Source: Vicugna vicugna | Lineage: Eukaryota | Assembly (NCBI GenBank): GCA_013265495.1 | Contig: MU059330.1 | Span: 13,711,980 to 13,775,979 of the forward strand | Reading direction: 5' to 3' | DNA: 64,000 nucleotides | Part shown: piece by piece, positions 36,061 through 48,879 of the stretch | Layout: each line of letters opens with the position of its first letter | Position numbering within the stretch: the stretch's first letter is position 1 | Made by a program: the position numbers and the translations under genes | Notes under the pieces: model-generated | Seen by the model: only the letters and a program-made list of their open reading frames with translations | Database searches by the model: none | What the model was told of the DNA's origin: nothing

Positions 36061-37799
36061 ACAAGTTTTATAAATACTTCAGTAAAAGGGAAAAAGCAGT
36101 CCCAACTGCAAAGAAAGGCCTAAGGGTGTGGGGAAGACAGACTGCAAACGAGCCGGCAGAACACAGCACGAGAGGTGTGAACAAGCAGGTCCACAGAGGA
36201 CCAGGCACGGAGGGCAGCGGGGGCCGCGGCGCAGGACGGGGCGGCGCTGCCGGAGGGGCGTGGAGGGTCCTGACCGCCTTCTAGGTGGGGCTTGAGCCTG
36301 TTTATCAGGGAGACAGCCCACGCAGCGATTCAGGAATCCAACGTGAACACGTGAAAGGAGGGAAGGGAGGTCTCGGGCTGGGAGGGAGGCAAAGAGAAAA
36401 GAGGGATCTTGCGTCCTCTGAGCAACCGGTGTCCTTGGACACCTGTGTACACACCCAGACTCACATGCCGAGAAGACCGATGTGAAACCCTGATGAGGCG
36501 GGTCAAGATTAATCGAAGACAAGCGTCACTGAAAAGTATCACAAACAGTAGAAACATTTTAAATACTGCAATTTTATCGCTGGAGGAAGCTGTAACTGGT
36601 GACAACGGCTCACAGCATAACGTACGCTGCATCGTGCTGATGACGCCAGCAACACCCCGGGGAAATTGCACCTCGTGTGTCTTGAAAACCAGATCGCAGT
36701 GGTGTGCCCAGCCCAGCCCAGCCCAGTCTGTGAACCCGCAGAGTGTGACAGAGACCCTGCCCACGGCGGTGCCACCACGCCCCCTGCTACCTCCGCAGAC
36801 AGGAACGGCGGCCAAGACAGTCCGCGATGTCACCCGCACAGAGGGGCGGGGGGCAGGGAGGCTGCAATGAAACACAGCTGTAATGCCAGACTTCTCCCTA
36901 CTTTGAAAATTTTCTGGACTGTGTATGCTTCGTTTTAGATTTAATAAGATTATAAATGCCATTTGCTTTTCGAGTGCAGAGACGAAGGGCAGAGTCGTGG
37001 GTGCCGAGGAGGCGGGACGGCGGCTGCGGTCCACCAGGGCCGGCGGGGCCCACGAGGTGCCTGCACCCGCCCCGCGCCTTCACCCCAAGACGCAGCTGCC
37101 CGCCCCCAAGCCTCTGCCGCGCAGGGAGCGAGGCCGCCCCTTCACTCTTCGGTGTGTCGTGTTTTGCAGTTTTGGTCTTTCCCTCTCCTGAAGCCAAGCT
37201 CCAGCGGGCAAGGCCCGTGCGCCCGGGGCTGGGTTCCGGGCGCCCAGCGTGCCACGTCTGGTGCGTTTTCCTTCTGTCACACACGACTCCAATCTGGTGC
37301 CAGGAGCTGGATTCAGTCACTTGGGTCTGAGCGAAACTCTCCCTCTTGGGAGGTGGGTAAACCCAAGAGTGCTTTTACAAATCAGAAATTGTGGTAGATG
37401 ATTTCATAATTGCTCAAATTGGAGAAAGTTCGCTTAGAATCGCCTGCCAGGAGAAACAGGCCCCCAGCCACCTGCCCACCTGGTCACCGCTCAGGAGAGA
37501 GCCAGCCCCCACAGCGGCAGGGACACCCGCTTGTCTGTCCCCGTGAAGACACGTGTGTGAGGGCTCGTTCAGCAGCCGCCCTCGTGGGGCTCGTGTCTGA
37601 GTTCCCTCTGTAACACGTGGGAACAGCCCACAGAGGACCAGGCACTTCTGAGAGGAAGCAGGAGCGCCACGACCACACAGGCAGACAGTGCCCCCTACAA
37701 TATTACAAAGTCCACTGATTATACCACGCGTCTCCCCAAGGAGAGAGGAAGACTGCAGAGGATGCCAACGTGTAAAGGTAGGAGCAAGAGGGGCTCTGG

Positions 37800-37980
37800 G
37801 GGTAGATGGCTTGGATTCAAATCTGAGCTCTGCTAACTAGCTGTGTGACCTTAGGCAGGTTGCCTAACCTTTCTGTGCCTCTGTCTCCTCATCTGTAAGC
37901 TGGAGTGATGAGGGTAGCCCCTCCAAGGAGCCTCATGAGGATCACACGGGATTGCCGGGCATGGTGCTCAGAACACGGTC
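37800..37980 (+). mobile_element. MIR SINE
   Basis: ggattcaaatctgagctctgctaactagctgtgtgaccttaggcaggttgcctaacctttctgtgcctctgtctcctcatctgtaa. Confidence 0.85.
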
Positions 37981-38128
37981 TGCTCCATTCCACCTCTGCT
38001 GCCAGGTGGTGAGTTTAAAGCCAGACAGACAGGTGTGACGGGGTCCAGGTCCTTCACTGGCTGTGTGGTCCGGGGCCAATTACCCAACTCTTTTCAAGAG
38101 AGATTATGACGTTTATGAGTAAGGTTGG

Positions 38129-38554
38129 GTATTAGTGAAGGTTCTCCGGACAAACCAACAGGATGTAAACATATGTGTGTATAGAGAGAGGGAGAGATTT
38201 ATTTTAAAGAATGGCTCGCACAATTACGGAGACTCAGAGGCCCCGAAGCCTGCTGGAGAGGCCAGCAGACTGGAGGCTCGCGGAAGAGCTGCAAGTTGAG
38301 TCCACAGCCCTCTGCTGACAGGTCCCTCCTGCTCAGGGGAGGTCAGCCTACAATTCCCCTTCCCACTTCTATCCAGCTCTTCAGCTGAGTGGACAAGACC
38401 CACCCACATCAGAGAGGGCAACCTGCTCACTCCGTCCACCAATTTAAATGTTAACCTCACCCAAAAACCAACTTCACAGAAACATCCAGAAAAATGCTTA
38501 ACCCAAGATCTGGGCACCGTGGCCCAGCCACGTGAACACATAAATGGGCCATCA
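38129..38554 (-). mobile_element. ERVL LTR (MLT2-like)
   Basis: gtattagtgaaggttctccgga...gatttattttaaagaatggctc...aatttaaatgttaacctcacccaaaaa...gaacacataaatgggccatca. Confidence 0.8.
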
Positions 38555-38966
38555 GAGACATGATGTGGCTGTTACCAGGAACTTGTCCCAGAATCCATGG
38601 TCCCCACCACCTCTCTCCAGAGATGCTGAAGCAGGCCCCACACGGCGGGTCATCAAAGTGCGTGATGGATGCTGGTGCAACGGTTCACACACAGCAGCCC
38701 GTGAGCGTGGGGAAGCTGTGACTTTGATGCGTTCCATGATGGCAGAGAAAGCCACAAAGGGCTTATTTTGTCCTACCTAGGCAGATAAGTTTTCACATCA
38801 AGGACTGGCCACCGTCATCCCCCGTGTAGACCATCGGTTCTGGGAACATGAAGGCATCTGCACCCCCAGCACGGGCAGCATCCCGTTCAGAGCAAGCGCT
38901 TGCGGAAGGCCCGGGAAGCTGGACGAGGCTGCCCATCCAGCCCTGCAGCAGTCCCACTGCCCACCG

Positions 38967-41900
38967 CTCGGAGTCGGAGGACCTGCGCAGGGGCTGGGGA
39001 CAGTGTGGAACACGCTGGGGCAGAGCGTCTTTAACTAGTCTCAGGACGGCCCTGGAGAAGGAAAACACCGTCTGCTGCTGCAGTTTTGACCTTAGGAATA
39101 GGACTTACCCCTAGTTTCCTTGAAATACTCTGTACACAAGAGAGCTACGAGCAAACGGTTCAACAGAAGAGGGGTGCTGTCTCCACGCTAGCTCACGCGC
39201 GTAGTCCTTCCCCCACAGGGCGGAAGAGGCTTTCCAAGGTGATCTGAAATCACAGAATACTTACACCACGGAAAGCTACTGGCTTTCACTTTCCCCGACA
39301 GCAGCCGAGTCACAAACCCAACCCCGGATGAACCTGCAGTGTTCTCCCCACAAAGGCTGCGGGGAGAAAGCGCGATAGTGGTCAAGGCACTGTACCCAGC
39401 AGGCGCCGCCGTGACACGAGTCAGCTTCCGAGGGGCTGAGGGACGGTCGTCTGGCCGCAGTGAGAGCCCCTGGCAAGTGCACCTGTCTTGAGCGCCTTGA
39501 ACTGGCCACACCGCTGTCTGCGTCCAGCGTGGGCGAGCAGTGTCCTCCGCTGTCTCTGGGACGGTGGGGATGCCCACAGAGGAAGGTGCAGAGCTGGGGG
39601 GCAGCATGCGTAATCTTATTCCACCAGGTGGGGGTTTTGGCCTCTGCAGAACAGCTCGAAGGACGAGGCTTAGAGCATTACTCACAGCCCTTGAGGAGGA
39701 GCTGAAGGCCCTCGACTTTGCTTAGTGGCTGAACTATGGTTATTTTGCCTTGTTTGACTGTTCTCCTTTCTCTCTGCACTTTCTCACTTCTCTGATTAAA
39801 TTTGCCCCTGGGAACCCAGGGAAGGCCTCGGAGACTAAAGCTTTTTACAGACAAGGGCTCAGATGTGGGGTCTGGCCCCAGGAGGCCGCACAGGGACCTG
39901 CTCGGTGTCAGCCCAAGTTGTCAGTCATTAGACCGAATCTGCTCCTTTTTCCTCATTAAAACAAACACAAGAGACAGCCAGCACTCGTCGTGGTCCCCGC
40001 TCCCCACCCGTGCGAGACGGGCTCACAGCCCACACGTGAGCACGTGTGGAGGCAGAAATACCCGCCGGGGCCAGCATCAGCACTGGCGCCTGGGGCCCCT
40101 CACAGCACCGTCTCCATGAGTGAAATGACCCCCAGAGTGAACGCTGTGTGGCTTAGGCATAGCGCTTTAAAGAAATGCCTATTCTGCTCTTTACCTGTTT
40201 GGTTTTGTTTCTGCTCTTCTGAAGTTCACTTTCTGGCCCACAAGCTTGTAGAATGCGTCTGGGTTCCAGTCCAGCAGATTTCATCCCGAGATTCACACAC
40301 ATCATTTTGTAAAATACTTTTGAAGTTCTTTGCTTGCTTTCACGCGTCCATCCGCTTGGGTTTCAGGTCAGCAGCAAACACAACAGCTGTGAAATCAGCT
40401 GGTGCGCCCGCCGGCGCGACCACGTGGATGCGGGACCGGAGCCACACGCATCGGAGCCTCTCTTGCTCCTCTCGGCGCTACCTCCCTTCCCGCAGCATCG
40501 GCTGGAGGTGGGCGTCTCCCATCATGACCTCAGCACGAGGGTGAGTTCGTCTGGAGATTTTCAGCAAAACCGCCTTCTCTGCGTTGCTACCGTGGAAGGC
40601 TGTGAAGGGACAGGCTGCAGGGCATGAGGGAAACATCTGCACACGGTCATATTCAAGAAGTCCTTACTTTATGTTAAAACTTTACAGGGTCCCGGAATTT
40701 GGAGAGGAAAATACAGACCGAACACGTTTCAGAAAACAGAAAATGCACTTCTATTTTATCCTGTGATTCAATCCATCGCCAAGATACCTCAAACTATTAA
40801 AATGTGAATACGTGACTTCACGATACTGTTTCTGAAGAACCGGGGACCAGCTGTAAGGTCTGTACGGGAGGGGACCAGGGACAGAGCCACCTCTGTGTGT
40901 GCCGGTGTGACAGGTGACTTCAAGGAGACCTGAAAGTACCCGCCAGACGGGGTGTTTACAAAGGACACATGGTCAGGACTCACACGTCCAGATGGACCCA
41001 CAGTCAAGGACACTGGCTGCATCTCCATCCTTCCTGGGGAGCTGGTTTTAAGAGCGTGAGTTTCTCCATTGAGCTGCCTGCCCGCTGGGAAAAGCAGAGG
41101 CAGGCCCAGCCTCCTCGCATCCCCTCCGGAGAAGCCGCCCTCCACGGGGGACACCAGCCAGACTGCCTCTGATGGCTTCTGAGGGTCATCCCATCCTGTT
41201 TAGACGCGGACGCTTGCTCTGCTTCAGGCTCAGTGGTGACCGCAGGCTACGTTTCCCTGAATGTCCTACCAGGACCCACCTCCCAGTCTGTCCCCCTGAA
41301 TTTCTCCACAGAAACCACAGAACAGCAGCAAACGTTCACAGCCACAGCCACATGTTTTTCTGGATTTAACTTAGTTGCTCGAACTGTCTATCATTCTTCT
41401 TTGGGGTCAGGCTCACTCATGCCTCAGCTGCACACAGGCCCCTTCAGGCCCCCGCCTCGCACGTGCCCCCTCACGGTTCAGTCTGAGATGCTGCACAAGC
41501 GAGCTGCTCCTGGACGGAACCAAGGTCCACCCATGAGCCAGACGACGGCGCCGCATCCCCGCACGGAGCGCTTTTCCCCGAAGGCATCCTCATGACCTTT
41601 GCCACAGGTGCTATGACCATCAACCGTGACCTTCACCGACAATCGTCACCCACACTGTTGCCCTTGGCACTGGCCTCTGACCACTCTCAGCCATCATCCA
41701 CTGCCTGCGACCTCTCAGGACCATCACCTGTGACCAGAACCACGACTGCAGGACTGTCCCTGGATTTGGACGCCCTGCAGTTGAAGCTTACAGGACACAG
41801 TCTGACAGCAGGACAGAGCCAGGATCGAGGTCAGCATGATTCTTGGACAGAAATGGCGCACCCTTCCCCTGGGAGAGGTGGGCAGGCCCCAGCAGGACCT

Positions 41901-44900
41901 TCTTTCTCCTGGGCCCTCGCGGACACCCGCTGTGGCCTCCACGGATGAGTGGCCCTGCCCAGACGGCACAGCCCTGCCCCGAGCGTCGGGCCGGCGGAGG
42001 CAGGGTCCGAGCGCGATGGCCTGTGCGCTGCAGCATTTTGGGGGTTTGCTTCAGGTCACCATGAAACTCCGAGTTTGCAGTGTTTCCCATCAAGGGACTT
42101 AGGTTTAATTCCCAATATAGTCATTTTCAAAACAAGTGGTGTTTATGAATCCGTGAGCTAGACCCGGCTGGGAGCCAGGGGAGGTGCGGACCGTGTGCCC
42201 ACCCTGTTCGCTCTGCTGACGGACAGTGGCCACGATGAGCACTGCACGTATTTTGTCCTGTTTTAGAACTAGAGGCTCGTTTGTCCACTCAGTACTAGAG
42301 CCATTTTAGCGGTTTGAATGTTAGTCTTCGTTTCGAGATTCCAAGAAGCCTTCCGTGTAAACTACAGGCTGTATTACCGTCCCCCTGACGTCCTGGTCCC
42401 TCTTTCCTTAGCTCTCAGTTTGCTTGCTGTGTCTAATTTTTAACCCTCAACATGTAATGTTTCCTTCTTTTCCACCCCAGGGCCGGTGGGTGAGCTGGAG
42501 CAGCACACAGGGGGTGTCGCGCACCTTCGCTGACTCTAGCCTTTCCCTTTGGCGTTTGGGTTCTTCCTAAAGAAGAACTTCTTGACCAGGGAACGGATGA
42601 GTCTGTTTTAAATGGAGGCCTACCTGCTCCCCTTCCTGAAGCAGCCTGATGGGGAAACAGTCTAAAATCACACATGGTATTTAGCACGTTAATCGGTACT
42701 TTGGAGCATGTGTAAAAACACATGACTCGGAGTCGGAGGACCTGCGCAGGGGCTGGGGACAGTGTGGAACACGCTGGGGCAGAGCGTCTTTAACTAGTCT
42801 CAGGACGGCCCTGGAGAAGGAAAACACCGTCTGCTGCTGCAGTTTTGACCTTAGGAATAGGACTTACCCCTAGTTTCCTTGAAATACTCTGTACACAAGA
42901 GAGCTACGAGCAAACGGTTCAACAGAAGAGGGGTGCTGTCTCCACGCTAGCTCACGCGCGTAGTCCTTCCCCCACAGGGCGGAAGAGGCTTTCCAAGGTG
43001 ATCTGAAATCACAGAATACTTACACCACGGAAAGCTACTGGCTTTCAGTTTCCCCGACAGCAGCCGAGTCACAAACCCAACCCCGGATGAACCTGCAGTG
43101 TTCTCCCCACAAAGGCTGCGGGGAGAAAGCGCGATAGCGGTCAAGGCACTGTACCCAGCAGGCGCCGCCGTGACACGAGTCAGCTTCCGAGGGGCTGAGG
43201 GACGGTCGTCTGGCCGCAGTGAGAGCCCCTGGCAAGTGCACCTGTCTTGAGCGCCTTGAACTGGCCACACCGCTGTCTGCGTCCAGCGTGGGCGAGCAGT
43301 GTCCTCCGCTGTCTCTGGGACGGTGGGGATGCCCACAGAGGCAGGTGCAGAGCTGGGGGGCAGCATGCGTAATCTTATTCCACCAGGTGGGGGTTTTGGC
43401 CTCTGCAGAACAGCTCGAACGACGAGGCTTAGAGCATTACTCACAGCCCTTGAGGAGGAGCTGAAGGCCCTCGACTTTGCTTAGTGGCTGAACTATGGTT
43501 ATTTTGCCTTGTTTGACTGTTCTCCTTTCTCTCTGCACTTTCTCACTTCTCTGATTAAATTTGCCCCTGGGAACCCAGGGAAGGCCTCGGAGACTAAAGC
43601 TTTTTACAGACAAGGGCTCAGATGTGGGGTCTGGCCCCAGGAGGCCGCACAGGGACCTGCTCGGTGTCAGCCCAAGTTGTCAGTCATTAGACCGAATCTG
43701 CTCCTTTTTCCTCATTAAAACAAACACAAGAGACAGCCAGCACTCGTCGTGGTCCCCGCTCCCCACCCGTGCGAGACGGGCTCACAGCCCACACATGAGC
43801 ACGTGTGGAGGCAGAAATACCCGCCGGGGCCAGCATCAGCACTGGCGCCTGGGGCCCCTCACAGCACCGTCTCCATGAGTGAAATGACCCCCAGAGTGAA
43901 CGCTGTGTGGCTTAGGCATAGCGCTTTAAAGAAATGCCTATTCTGCTCTTTACCTGTTTGGTTTTGTTTCTGCTCTTCTGAAGTTCACTTTCTGGCCCAC
44001 AAGCTTGTAGAATGCGTCTGGGTTCCAGTCCAGCAGATTTCATCCCGAGATTCACACACATCATTTTGTAAAATACTTTTGAAGTTCTTTGCTTGCTTTC
44101 ACGCGTCCATCCGCTTGGGTTTCAGGTCAGCAGCAAACACAACAGCTGTGAAATCAGCTGGTGCGCCCGCCGGCGCGACCACGTGGATGTGGGACCGGAG
44201 CCACACGCATCGGAGCCTCTCTTGCCTCTCAGCGCTACCTCCCTTCCCGCAGCATCGGCTGGAGGTGGGCGTCTCCCATCATGACCTCAGCACGAGGGTG
44301 AGTTCGTCTGGAGATTTTCAGCAAAACCGCCTTCTCTGCGTTGCTACCGTGGAAGGCTGTGAAGGGACAGGCTGCAGGGCATGAGGGAAACATCTGCACA
44401 CGGTCATATTCAAGAAGTCCTTACTTTATGTTAAAACTTTACAGGGTCCCGGAATTTGGAGAGGAAAATACAGACCGAACACGTTTCAGAAAACAGAAAA
44501 TGCACTTCTATTTTATCCTGTGATTCAATCCATCGCCAAGATACCTCAAACTATTAAAATGTGAATACGTGACTTCACGATACTGTTTCTGAAGAACCGG
44601 GGACCAGCTGTAAGGTCTGTACGGGAGGGGACCAGGGACAGAGCCACCTCTGTGTGTGCCGGTGTGACAGGTGACTTCAAGGAGACCTGAAAGTACCCGC
44701 CAGACGGGGTGTTTACAAAGGACACATGGTCAGGACTCACACGTCCAGATGGACCCACAGTCAAGGACACTGGCTGCATCTCCATCCTTCCTGGGGAGCT
44801 GGTTTTAAGAGCGTGAGTTTCTCCATTGAGCTGTCTGCCCACTGGGAAAAGCAGAGGCAGGCCCAGCCTCCTCGCGTCCCCTCCGGAAAAGCCGCCCTCC

Positions 44901-46481
44901 ACAGGGGACACCAGCCAGACTGCCTCTGATGGCTTCTGAGGGTCATCCCATCCTGTTTAGACGCGGACGCTTGCTCTGCTTCAGGCTCAGTGGTGACCGC
45001 AGGCTACGTTTCCCTGAATGTCCTACCAGGACCCACCTCCCAGTCTGTCCCCCTGAATTTCTCCACAGAAACCACAGAACAGCAGCAAACGTTCACAGCC
45101 ACAGCCACATGTTTTTCTGGATTTAACTTAGTTGCTCGAACTGTCTATCATTCTTCTTTGGGGTCAGGCTCACTCATGCCTCAGCTGCACACAGGCCCCT
45201 TCAGGCCCCCGCCTCGCACGTGCCCCCTCACGGTTCAGTCTGAGATGCTGCACAAGCGAGCTGCTCCTGGACGGAACCAAGGTCCACCCATGAGCCAGAC
45301 GACGGCGCCGCATCCCCGCACGGCGCGCTTTTCCCCGAAGGCATCCTCATGACCTTTGCCACAGGTGCTATGACCATCAACTGTGACCTTCACCGACAAT
45401 CGTCACCCACACTGTTGCCCTTGGCACTGGCCTCTGACCACTCTCAGCCATCATCCACTGCCTGCGACCTCTCAGGACCATCACCTGTGACCAGAACCAC
45501 GACTGCAGGACTGTCCCTGGATTTGGACGCCCTGCAGTTGAAGCTTACAGGACACAGTCTGACAGCAGGACAGAGCCAGGATCGAGGTCAGCATGATTCT
45601 TGGACAGAAATGGCGCACCCTTCCCCTGGGAGAGGTGGGCAGGCCCCAGCCGGACCTTCTTTCTCCTGGGCCCTCGCGGACACCCGCTGTGGCCTCCACG
45701 GATGAGTGGCCCTGCCCAGACGGCACAGCCCTGCCCCGAGCGTCGGGCCGGCGGAGGCAGGGTCCGAGCGCGATGGCCTGTGCGCTGCAGCATTTTGGGG
45801 GTTTGCTTCAGGTCACCATGAAACTCCGAGTTTGCAGTGTTTCCCATCAAGGGACTTAGGTTTAATTCCCAATATAGTCATTTTCAAAACAAGTGGTGTT
45901 TATGAATCCGTGAGCTAGACCCGGCTGGGAGCCAGGGGAGGTGCGGACCGTGTGCCCACCCTGTTCGCTCTGCTGACGGACAGTGGCCACGATGAGCACT
46001 GCACGTATTTTGTCCTGTTTTAGAACTAGAGGCTCGTTTGTCCACTCAGTACTAGAGCCATTTTAGCGGTTTGAATGTTAGTCTTCGTTTCGAGATTCCA
46101 AGAAGCCTTCCGTGTAAACTACAGGCTGTATTACCGTCCCCCTGACGTCCTGGTCCCTCTTTCCTTAGCTCTCAGTTTGCTTGCTGTGTCTAATTTTTAA
46201 CCCTCAACATGTAACGTTTCCTTCTTTTCCACCCCAGGGCCGGTGGGTGAGCTGGAGCAGCACACAGGGGGTGTCGCGCACCTTCGCTGACTCTAGCCTT
46301 TCCCTTTGGCGTTTGGGTTCTTCCTAAAGAAGAACTTCTTGACCAGGGAACGGATGAGTCTGTTTTAAATGGAGGCCTACCTGCTCCCCTTCCTGAAGCA
46401 GCCTGATGGGGAAACAGTCTAAAATCACACATGGTGTTTAGCACGTTAATCGGTACTTTGGAGCATGTGTAAAAACACATG
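38967..46481. repeat. Head-to-tail duplication, units 38967-42724 (3758 bp) and 42726-46481 (3756 bp)
   Basis: Near-identical sequence and duplicated ORF-track entries (offset 3759 then 3757); about 17 substitutions and one 2-bp indel by eye; a single extra A at 42725. Confidence 0.97.
39590..39910 (-). mobile_element. ERV1-type LTR fragment (second copy at ~43349-43669)
   Basis: gcccttgaggaggagctgaaggccctcgactttgcttagtggctgaactat...ttctcacttctctgattaaattt...gggacctgctcggtgtca resembles cetartiodactyl ERV1 LTR ends; left boundary unclear. Confidence 0.5.
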
Positions 46482-48879
46482 CACAGGTGTACATGTGTCT
46501 GTGTGTCAACAGACAAACGTGCATAACAGACATACGTACGTGTTGTGTATATGTGCACGCGGGTGGTCGATACATTTTGTTCTATGTCTGAACGGGTCCT
46601 TGATGCCAACACCCTCTGAGCAGGACAAAATAGGTCACAGTGGCTTGGATATTGGAGGTTTCAGAAAACAACAATCTTTCCTGTGAGTTCTTCTCCACCG
46701 TAATGCAATACGCAGACGCACAAATATTGCAGTTACAAGCTTTAATATTTAACCGCGGCCGGCCGGCCGAGGCGCGTTTCTCATTTCCAGGGGGCCCGGT
46801 ACGCGGGGAGGACGGCGAAGCCGTGCCTGCGCCGGGGCCGCGGGGCACAATATGCTCTGTGGTCGGAGCGCGCCGTGCAGGAGCGAGCGGGCGAGAACAG
46901 CCTTTGTTATTAATCCGGAAATTGCATTTTTAGAGCTGATATTGCCGACTACCGAAGTCCCGACTCCTTCCCCTGTGGAATTCCTTTCCCCTGAAAATCA
47001 AACAAGCTTCCCCACTTCCTCCGAGGTCAGCCAGCCCGAACGTGCTCCAGCTCTGGTCCGTGTGTCCCTCCGTCCCCCCCGGCGGAGACCAGCCCTGCGG
47101 TGTGTCTCCCGCACGCGGCGGCCCGCACAGATGGCCTCTCCAGAAGACAGATGGTCAGGCCAAAGGGTGACCCAGAACGTGTGGGAAGCTCACAGCAGCT
47201 GCCCCCCGAGTCCTCCCCCCTCCAAGGCCAAAGGACTGTGCTACCCAGCACGACGAGGCTGGAGCAACTTGCCCACAGGACACGCCGCCTGCACGTGCGA
47301 ATTGGGTGTCATTTATTTTCGAAAAGAATGTAACTCATGCCCAGCGATGGGAACCCGTGGATGCTGCCTGGCCCTCCAAGCCTAGCAGGGCTTTTGCCAG
47401 GGTCCTGGGCACGTGTGCAGAGGAACCAGGAGGCCTCAAGGGGCCACCCATCCCTGAGTGCCTCCACGCCCCTCACCTGCTTGCGCAGTGGGGTTACCGT
47501 GGGACAGACTGACAAGGAGGAGCCTGTCCTTGAAGGACTTGCGGCCACCCTGGCTCCAGGTACAAGGTCCTGCTCCCAGCTAAGTCATCTTGAACGAGCC
47601 GGCCAATTTCCCCACCTGTGCCTGGGGGTGACCGCTCACCTGCTCCCCTCCCGGGCTAAAGTGCGACTCACAGTGTGTGTGCACACGCGTGTGCAAATAC
47701 TGCTCACTCGACACTGCAGTGCTGTCTGTTCACCAACGGGCCCTCTCTTCCCACAGACCCCTCAGCCCAGGATGGCCGGGGCGGGGCCAGTCCAGGGAAG
47801 CTGGACAATGGTTTCAGGTCAAAGCCTCAGAAGATGTGAACGCCAAGCTAAGGGAACTGGGGGAGTGGAGAGTGGACTGTCCTGCCTCCTTGGGGACTGC
47901 AGTAACGGCTCCCATCGTGGGAGACCACAATTCCTACCGTCCATCTGCTCCTCTCCCGGCGTCCAGCACCTGCCAGGCGGGGCAGGGGAACGGCCTGGGG
48001 GCCACCAAGGACAGTGCCTCGTGGGAAGATGTGCAAGAAACCAGTGGAGCGAGGGCTCAGACTTCCCATGGCCATTCAAGGCCGTTCTAGGAGACAGTGG
48101 ACACCTCGGCCTGACACGGGGTTTGTAGCGGCGTGACTGACTTTCAGCTAACACCGCCTTAAACACTTCCCGTTTGTTTACAGTGGAGTCAGCACCCGTT
48201 TGGTGAGACTGGGCAGGCTCGGGCCCCCACGGACATTTAATACAATGCAGTGCGTCCGAGCACCCCTGCGGGTCCTGCGTGTGGGGGTCGGCAGCGAGGA
48301 CACGGCTTCCCGTCACTACTGCGATGACGAGAACCCACGTTCAAAGCACACAGAACATTTCCTTAATGTTAGGAAATCGCTTGTTTCTCTAAGACCCTGC
48401 AGCTCTGAAGAGCTGTGTGAGTTTCCTCCAGCTTCAGACTCAAAACGTTTATCCAGGTTCCAGACACCACACTGGAGAATGGGCTTTTAAAAGGTTATGC
48501 GGTCATTAATGAACATTCTGACTCCCCCACCCCGCCCCATTCGTGGCTACAGGTCCCAGGAGGATGTAAGTTATCTGCTCTTCCAACAGCCCCACCAAAA
48601 AAAGAGAAGCAGACGGAGAGCCAACAAGAGATAAAATACTGGAAAAGCAGAGTGGAAACTCATTATATAAAGAGATAGGATTGTCCCCTGGGAAATCCAC
48701 AATACCCAACGGGAAACAGTGAGAGACGTCATCCAGGAGAGGGTGAGGCACACACACAGTGCTGGGTGGCCAGGGTGGGCAGCTGTGTGTCCACGGCTGG
48801 GTCCCCCTCAAGCACAAGGGCTGGGGCGGCCCCTCTTCGGCCTCAGGGCTTTCTGGAGCTGGGACAGACCACTCGGTTC

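Noticed and set aside
39188-46612. Apparent paralogous gene pairs in the ORF track
   Set aside because: They simply mirror the DNA duplication; one frame differs between copies through a 2-bp indel and none resembles a known protein
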